DNA of 63,759 nt, counting the filler, from Lama guanicoe (lineage: Eukaryota): assembly GCA_013239625.1 (NCBI GenBank). It is 211 parts of 211 records of this genome, joined end to end, with 100 filler letters (N's around TTAATTAATTAA, not from the genome) between each part and the next. Parts side by side here need not be neighbours in the genome. Positions count along the whole stretch, not along the records: positions 62,042 to 62,244 come from PNXV01031847.1; positions 62,345 to 62,547 come from PNXV01031848.1; positions 62,648 to 62,850 come from PNXV01031849.1; positions 62,951 to 63,153 come from PNXV01031850.1; positions 63,254 to 63,456 come from PNXV01031851.1; positions 63,557 to 63,759 come from PNXV01031852.1; 205 more parts are not named here. One strand, 5' to 3'. Numbering within the stretch: position 1 is the stretch's first letter; each line of letters begins with the position of its first letter. The position numbers were made by a program, and so were the translations under genes. Positions 61,942 to 63,759 of the stretch are shown here, piece after piece. The notes under the pieces are model-generated. The model searched no databases. It saw only the letters and a list, made by a program, of their open reading frames with translations, and was not told the DNA's origin.

Positions 61942-63279
61942 NNNNNNNNNNNNNNNNNNNNNNNNNNNNNNNNNNNNNNNNNNNNTTAATTAATTAANNN
62001 NNNNNNNNNNNNNNNNNNNNNNNNNNNNNNNNNNNNNNNNNTCAGCATGGCATTGCTTTTGTCAGAGAATAAATATTGTATTTAGATAAAGCATAACCTT
62101 TTTTTCCCTTTGGTTCCTTGTTTTCCCCAAATTTCCATCTCTTTGAGATTTAAAAAAAATATTAAGAGGGAAGAGTACTCCATAATTTCTGAGGACGCTA
62201 AGAGAGTTTTGTGCCTCAGTCATGTGAACTGGGTTAGGAGGAGTNNNNNNNNNNNNNNNNNNNNNNNNNNNNNNNNNNNNNNNNNNNNTTAATTAATTAA
62301 NNNNNNNNNNNNNNNNNNNNNNNNNNNNNNNNNNNNNNNNNNNNTCATTCTGCCCCTTCCAGCCCACAGGGAGGCATAAGATCACGAGAGGCATGGGTCT
62401 TATTGACCTCATGACCACGGGGTCTCACTTCCCAGGCTGTGCAGTTTTGCGTGTGGGCTCAGGGAAGGAATGGACTAGGAAACCTGGGGACCTCAGCAAA
62501 CGCTAGGGCATGTTCTGTGTCAGGAAGAATGAGGTTCACATGGAGGCNNNNNNNNNNNNNNNNNNNNNNNNNNNNNNNNNNNNNNNNNNNNTTAATTAAT
62601 TAANNNNNNNNNNNNNNNNNNNNNNNNNNNNNNNNNNNNNNNNNNNNAGGAATCCTGCAGATTTAGAATTGTTTATTGTTTGTTATCTCCAAGACATCTC
62701 AGTGTTTATTATTTATATTGCTACTGCTGCATTTTCAAAGAGCAATGGGCTATTTTTCAAATATCAAAACATGCTACAATTGACTTGTGATGTTAATTAT
62801 ATACTGCTGTGTCTTAACAATCTGCTCAGTGTTCACAGGCTCCTTCACTCNNNNNNNNNNNNNNNNNNNNNNNNNNNNNNNNNNNNNNNNNNNNTTAATT
62901 AATTAANNNNNNNNNNNNNNNNNNNNNNNNNNNNNNNNNNNNNNNNNNNNCAGGATGATGGGGGCCAAGGGGGTCACTGGTCTGTAGGTCCCAGTGCTTC
63001 AGACAGGCCTGCCTCTCCCTAACAATTAAGATATAAAGGGAAAGAAATACTCCTATTTAATAAAACTGAAATTAAAAGGTGATAATAGAAATAACTCCAC
63101 AGATAAATAGATCAAAATATATTTCTGTTAGGACATCAAAAAAGTTTCCCATCNNNNNNNNNNNNNNNNNNNNNNNNNNNNNNNNNNNNNNNNNNNNTTA
63201 ATTAATTAANNNNNNNNNNNNNNNNNNNNNNNNNNNNNNNNNNNNNNNNNNNNTGCAGGGAGTCAGCGTAACAGAGTGA

Positions 63280-63456
63280 GGACACAATTGGGCTCTGTGT
63301 TCAGACTATTTCCTTAGAGTCATGGCTGAGCCAACTGAGAGTCAGTCAGCCTCTCTGTGGGCTCAGTTTCATTGTCTGTAAAACAGAGTTGATAGCTGTC
63401 CCTGTCTCAGAGGGCTCTCATGAGATACAAATTATTTAATTCCTGTAAATCCCTTA
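63280..63456 (+). mobile_element. MIR fragment
   Basis: gggctctgtgttcagac...cagcctctctgtgggctcagtttcattgtctgtaaaacagag. Confidence 0.8.
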
Positions 63457-63759
63457 NNNNNNNNNNNNNNNNNNNNNNNNNNNNNNNNNNNNNNNNNNNN
63501 TTAATTAATTAANNNNNNNNNNNNNNNNNNNNNNNNNNNNNNNNNNNNNNNNNNNNAGAATAACAATACTTTATTTCACAAGATTTTGAGAACATCACAG
63601 GCCAAAAACAATGTCTAGCTTACCTATCAGGCACATTCTAACTCTTATTCACTCAACCATACCTGCAAATCTCTAGAATTTTGAAGCAAGTTCTCTCAGA
63701 ATTTACAACAATTCTAAACAAAAATGTGGATTATCCACAATCTATCTCCATCTGTGGAT

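Noticed and set aside
63725..63739. DnaA box TTATCCACA within tgtggat-t-atccaca
   Set aside because: Single 9-mer in mammalian DNA; compatible with chance, and nothing else looks bacterial.

Overview
This window is not a contiguous locus. It is an artificial concatenation of 211 unrelated mammalian mini-contigs joined by 210 identical 100-bp linkers (44 N + TTAATTAATTAA + 44 N). The first 69 contigs are 202 bp; the remaining 142 are 203 bp, except five of 202 bp. The palindromic linker core puts TAA stops in all six frames, so nearly every ORF in the supplied track that ends in X...N/LIN is a linker artefact. About 42.8 kb is real sequence. A Vic-1-like SINE and the L1 5'/3' ends point to a camelid (camel, alpaca or llama). 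Three near-identical contig pairs share exactly 49 bp at both ends, the signature of unmerged de Bruijn bubbles at k=49. Most recognisable content is interspersed-repeat fragments (L1, L2, MIR, ERV/MaLR LTRs, hAT MERs). Four coding-exon fragments missed by the ORF track are recognisable from recalled human protein sequences: SMIM39 C-terminus, GRXCR1, DOCK2 and TRIM58. There are also CpG-island/first-exon pieces and some unassigned candidate exons. Neighbouring contigs carry no linkage information, so no multi-gene or novel biological system can be supported here.
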